Shown here piece after piece: positions 36,742 through 39,335 of a stretch of DNA of 39,335 bases (positions are counted from its first letter, which is position 1; each line of letters starts with the position of its first letter). A program made the translations under genes and the position numbers. The notes below the pieces were generated by a model, which had not been told where the DNA came from, did no database searches, and saw only the letters and a list, made by a program, of their open reading frames with translations. This DNA is from a virus (lineage: Duplodnaviria > Caudoviricetes). The DNA lies in the IMG/VR virus record IMGVR_UViG_3300032240_000687, positions 1 through 39,335 of that record. One strand, 5' to 3'.

Positions 36742-38144
36742 GCACCTGCCCTATATTCACCTTCAAAGCTCTTGACCCATGAAACTCCGTTCCATTTGTA
36801 TTGAACTCCAGTGTATATATTCGTTTGATAGATCAGGTTGTCTGCATTCTGAGCCGCAGAAAATACCACAGTCCACGCTGTACCGTTATATTCTATTATA
36901 TCGTTAGCTTTGGCAATCAAAGTACCCCATGCTGTTGAATTATTTCCGTCAGTATTTGTTTGCGCATCGCCAATATCATCTATTAACAAGTATCGTGCTC
37001 CAGCTACAGGAGTACTATCTGTAGGATTAAATGTTAACGGATTAATAATTGCATCAAAAGTGCCAGGACTAGCACGATATGAACTAACAAGAGTAGTATT
37101 GCTTGGATAGGTATCAGTATTCCATGTAACAGACAGTAAGGTCGAATCAAGCGCATTAACTGTAAATGTTCCCGATACTTCGTAACCTGTTGGTTGTATC
37201 AAATAAATGTGCCCGGCACCTGCAATATATTTGCCTGGATACTGGTCTAATAATGCCATCCAATCAACCGGTGTTCCTTGTTTATTTGGAATACCTAATT
37301 GATCGTTGTCTACTGTAGAATTTTCTCCGGGATTTAACAGTTGTACTTGGCCGTTAATTGCTAAAATACCAAAGCCTCCACTAATACTAGTGGATTGTGT
37401 GCTGAGTATTGACCCAAGAGTGGGCCCATTACCACTGTTGTCAACACCTAAGCCGTCAATATAACCGTAATTTTCTGTTCCGACGCCATCGTATATACTA
37501 GTAATAATATTTGTAATAACACCAAGTTTTTTAACTTTAACTGGCGGGCTAATCCATATAGGACTTTCTAATGTTAGACTAGCAATGTCAATAGGACTGT
37601 CGTTGCCTACAGGAACACTACGACTAGACCAAGTTAATTCGGTTAAATCTAGTACGCTAAGACTTGTCCAGTCGATATAATTGTCAGTTGTTTGCAATTC
37701 TAAACTAGGGTTAAACAAAACTAAAATTTGCTCCATTATTTGCAATTTTTGTTCGGTGCTACTAGCCCAGATATCAACTTTGACAGTTAATTTAAACGGT
37801 GTTGGCATTAGACGTTCAACAGTATATTGACGACCTTGGCCGTTAGTATATTCATTACCGTCAACATCGCGTTCTCTAAAATGCATTTTGCCCACATAGC
37901 TAGGATCGCCTAATCTGCTACGGTCTAATTGTAAACCGGTAATGTGTACTGCAATACGAGGAACTGCCTGTACAACATTTTCACTGTTTTGTCTTAGAAT
38001 AGTTGCGGCTTGTCTGTCTGGATCTCCGTACATTACAGGTACTTGGTGTAGTGTATTATCGCCGTATTTGACAGTAAAATTACTAAACACACGGATTATC
38101 TGCACTAGATATCTGCGTATTTGTTTATCGTAAAAAAATTGCAT
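36723..38144 (-). CDS. gp15: Tail terminator / sheath stabiliser (T4 gp15-like) with C-terminal extension
   Basis: 'FYDKQIRRYL......FSN......VPVMYG', 'PTPFKL...DIW.....K.QI.EQIL..FNP'; adjacent to gp14 with TAATG coupling. Confidence 0.8.
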   Translation of the reverse strand: MQFFYDKQIRRYLVQIIRVFSNFTVKYGDNTLHQVPVMYGDPDRQAATILRQNSENVVQAVPRIAVHITGLQLDRSRLGDPSYVGKMHFRERDVDGNEYTNGQGRQYTVERLMPTPFKLTVKVDIWASSTEQKLQIMEQILVLFNPSLELQTTDNYIDWTSLSVLDLTELTWSSRSVPVGNDSPIDIASLTLESPIWISPPVKVKKLGVITNIITSIYDGVGTENYGYIDGLGVDNSGNGPTLGSILSTQSTSISGGFGILAINGQVQLLNPGENSTVDNDQLGIPNKQGTPVDWMALLDQYPGKYIAGAGHIYLIQPTGYEVSGTFTVNALDSTLLSVTWNTDTYPSNTTLVSSYRASPGTFDAIINPLTFNPTDSTPVAGARYLLIDDIGDAQTNTDGNNSTAWGTLIAKANDIIEYNGTAWTVVFSAAQNADNLIYQTNIYTGVQYKWNGVSWVKSFEGEYRAGAWRLVL

Positions 38145-39295
38145 TATAAATCTGCCCTAGGTTTAAGAGCCTCACTAAGGCTTTGACGTTCTGGGAATGT
38201 TTCTCCAGCAACAGTGGTAGTATTTGTGTTATTAATGAAACTGGTCTTCAATGTATTTCGAGTATCGGTGTTAGTCATGGTCTGACGAACAGCATCTTCT
38301 ACTTTGATCCATCGTGTGCCGTCAAAGCGGAACAGTCTATTAGGCATAAAATCTGTCCTTAAATAAAAATCATCTTGATATGCTGTCGCAGGAAATTGTA
38401 TACCTGATCCGAACGATGAACCGTTGGTTGGAACACCATCACCTAACAAGTATCCAGTGTATCCGGGACGTACAGGAACCGCGGCTATTGCATCAGCAGT
38501 CACAGTATCTATACTGCCGTCTTCGTTGGTAATGTCCGCAGTTTGATTGATAACACTTTTACCTGTTGTTGGATCAACGGCTAGTGTGTAAAATTGTCTA
38601 GTCTCGTAGCCACTTAGCGGAGCGTTGGCTTCGGCTTCGTCTAGAATACCTTGATTAATTTGTAAATCTTTGGTCTTAGTGCTAAGGATATCTTGTAGTG
38701 TGGGGCCTGTTGGGTTATCAGCATTTGCAGGTGCCGCAAATATGTCTTTATATTGCTGACTATCAACAATCTTTTTAACTTTAAGTCTGTATAAGTGTGG
38801 ATACCACGTGACACTAAAGCCTTCGCTGGCACGACCTACATCTTCAATTACATAGTAACGAGGTAAACTCACGTCAAAATCATTAAATGCAAACTCGTCA
38901 CGCAAATGCGGTAGTTCTATAACATCACCGCTCATAGGCTTACGACCAATATATTTGATGAAATCGTTAATATGCACTGTCATGTACAAAGTATCGTTAT
39001 CAATAAACAAGCCAAATTGGCTTAGATTAAAATCAACGTTTTGTACATTATAAATTCCGCGCAATCTATACACACTAGAATCGTATTTTCTATCACGATT
39101 TTCTAAAAGTACTAGATCTTGGATTTGTGTGTAATCTTTAGTAGTCACATTACCGTTAGAATCAGTAACCTGAGTACCTATATATTTGTGCAAGTATACA
39201 TCCGTGCCGCCAACCTGAAACATTTCAGAAATCTGACGGTCCATAAATTTATAATCTTGCCCTCGTTCGGGTTTATACAGTGATAGTCTTGGCAT
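38144..39295 (-). CDS. gp14: Neck / head-completion protein (T4 gp14-like) with C-terminal extension
   Basis: 'G.DVY.HKY', 'LSQFGLFI..D......H', 'P..GD.I.LP', 'YVIEDV'; position immediately before gp15. Confidence 0.7.
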   Translation of the reverse strand: MPRLSLYKPERGQDYKFMDRQISEMFQVGGTDVYLHKYIGTQVTDSNGNVTTKDYTQIQDLVLLENRDRKYDSSVYRLRGIYNVQNVDFNLSQFGLFIDNDTLYMTVHINDFIKYIGRKPMSGDVIELPHLRDEFAFNDFDVSLPRYYVIEDVGRASEGFSVTWYPHLYRLKVKKIVDSQQYKDIFAAPANADNPTGPTLQDILSTKTKDLQINQGILDEAEANAPLSGYETRQFYTLAVDPTTGKSVINQTADITNEDGSIDTVTADAIAAVPVRPGYTGYLLGDGVPTNGSSFGSGIQFPATAYQDDFYLRTDFMPNRLFRFDGTRWIKVEDAVRQTMTNTDTRNTLKTSFINNTNTTTVAGETFPERQSLSEALKPRADL

Positions 39296-39298
39296 ATG

Positions 39299-39320
39299 AT
39301 ATTTATCGTAAGATAAATAT
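39299..39320. promoter_or_regulatory. Back-to-back divergent late promoters forming a perfect 9-bp inverted repeat
   Basis: ATATTTATC-GTAA-GATAAATAT: GATAAATA on the - strand (39307-39300) before gp14 and on the + strand (39312-39319) before an SD (GGAG, 39325-39328) of a gene beyond the window. Confidence 0.75.
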
Positions 39321-39335
39321 GAGTGGAGAATCCAA

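Noticed and set aside
97-38832. Many short (60-125 aa) overlapping or antisense ORFs in the ORF track
   Set aside because: They lie within long, motif-supported genes, lack SD or promoter signals, and are the expected shadow of Thr/Gly/Ser-rich codon bias.
1-39335. Alternative genetic code, CRISPR array, tRNA, intein, intron or IS element
   Set aside because: Genes read intact in code 11 with TAA, TAG and TGA all used as stops; no regularly spaced repeats, cloverleaf, splicing motifs or transposase recognised.

Overview
AT-rich segment of a large T4-like (Tevenvirinae/Kyanoviridae-style, probably jumbo) myophage genome, in three blocks. (1) 146-25607, + strand: late structural genes. These are Thr/Ser/Gly-rich fibre or appendage proteins, two giant paralogous virion proteins (2578 and 3514 aa), a short fibre protein, three tandem paralogous glycine-rich adhesin-like proteins with 27-30 Cys each, and a tail-fibre assembly chaperone. 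(2) 25704-36295, + strand: a tightly coupled enzyme cassette starting at a perfect T4 late promoter (TATAAATA). It encodes a GT9-like glycosyltransferase, a NodU/CmcH carbamoyltransferase, two SGNH-like proteins (one split at an in-frame A_AAA_AAG slippery site), a flavin-dependent halogenase, five 2OG-Fe(II) oxygenases, a GmhB-like HAD protein lacking its nucleophilic Asp, a DUF6817-like protein and a parvulin PPIase. (3) 36292-39295, - strand: neck gp14, tail terminator gp15 and a Nudix hydrolase. The best candidate for an undescribed system is a late-expressed 'virion tailoring' pathway that chemically modifies the adjacent Cys/Trp-rich adhesins and Ser/Thr-rich fibres; this is inference. 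Other signals are apparently complete avoidance of GCWGC, a structured GC-rich 5' leader, leaderless late genes, and phycobiliprotein-like CxRD repeats. All family assignments come from motif recognition by eye; no database search was run.
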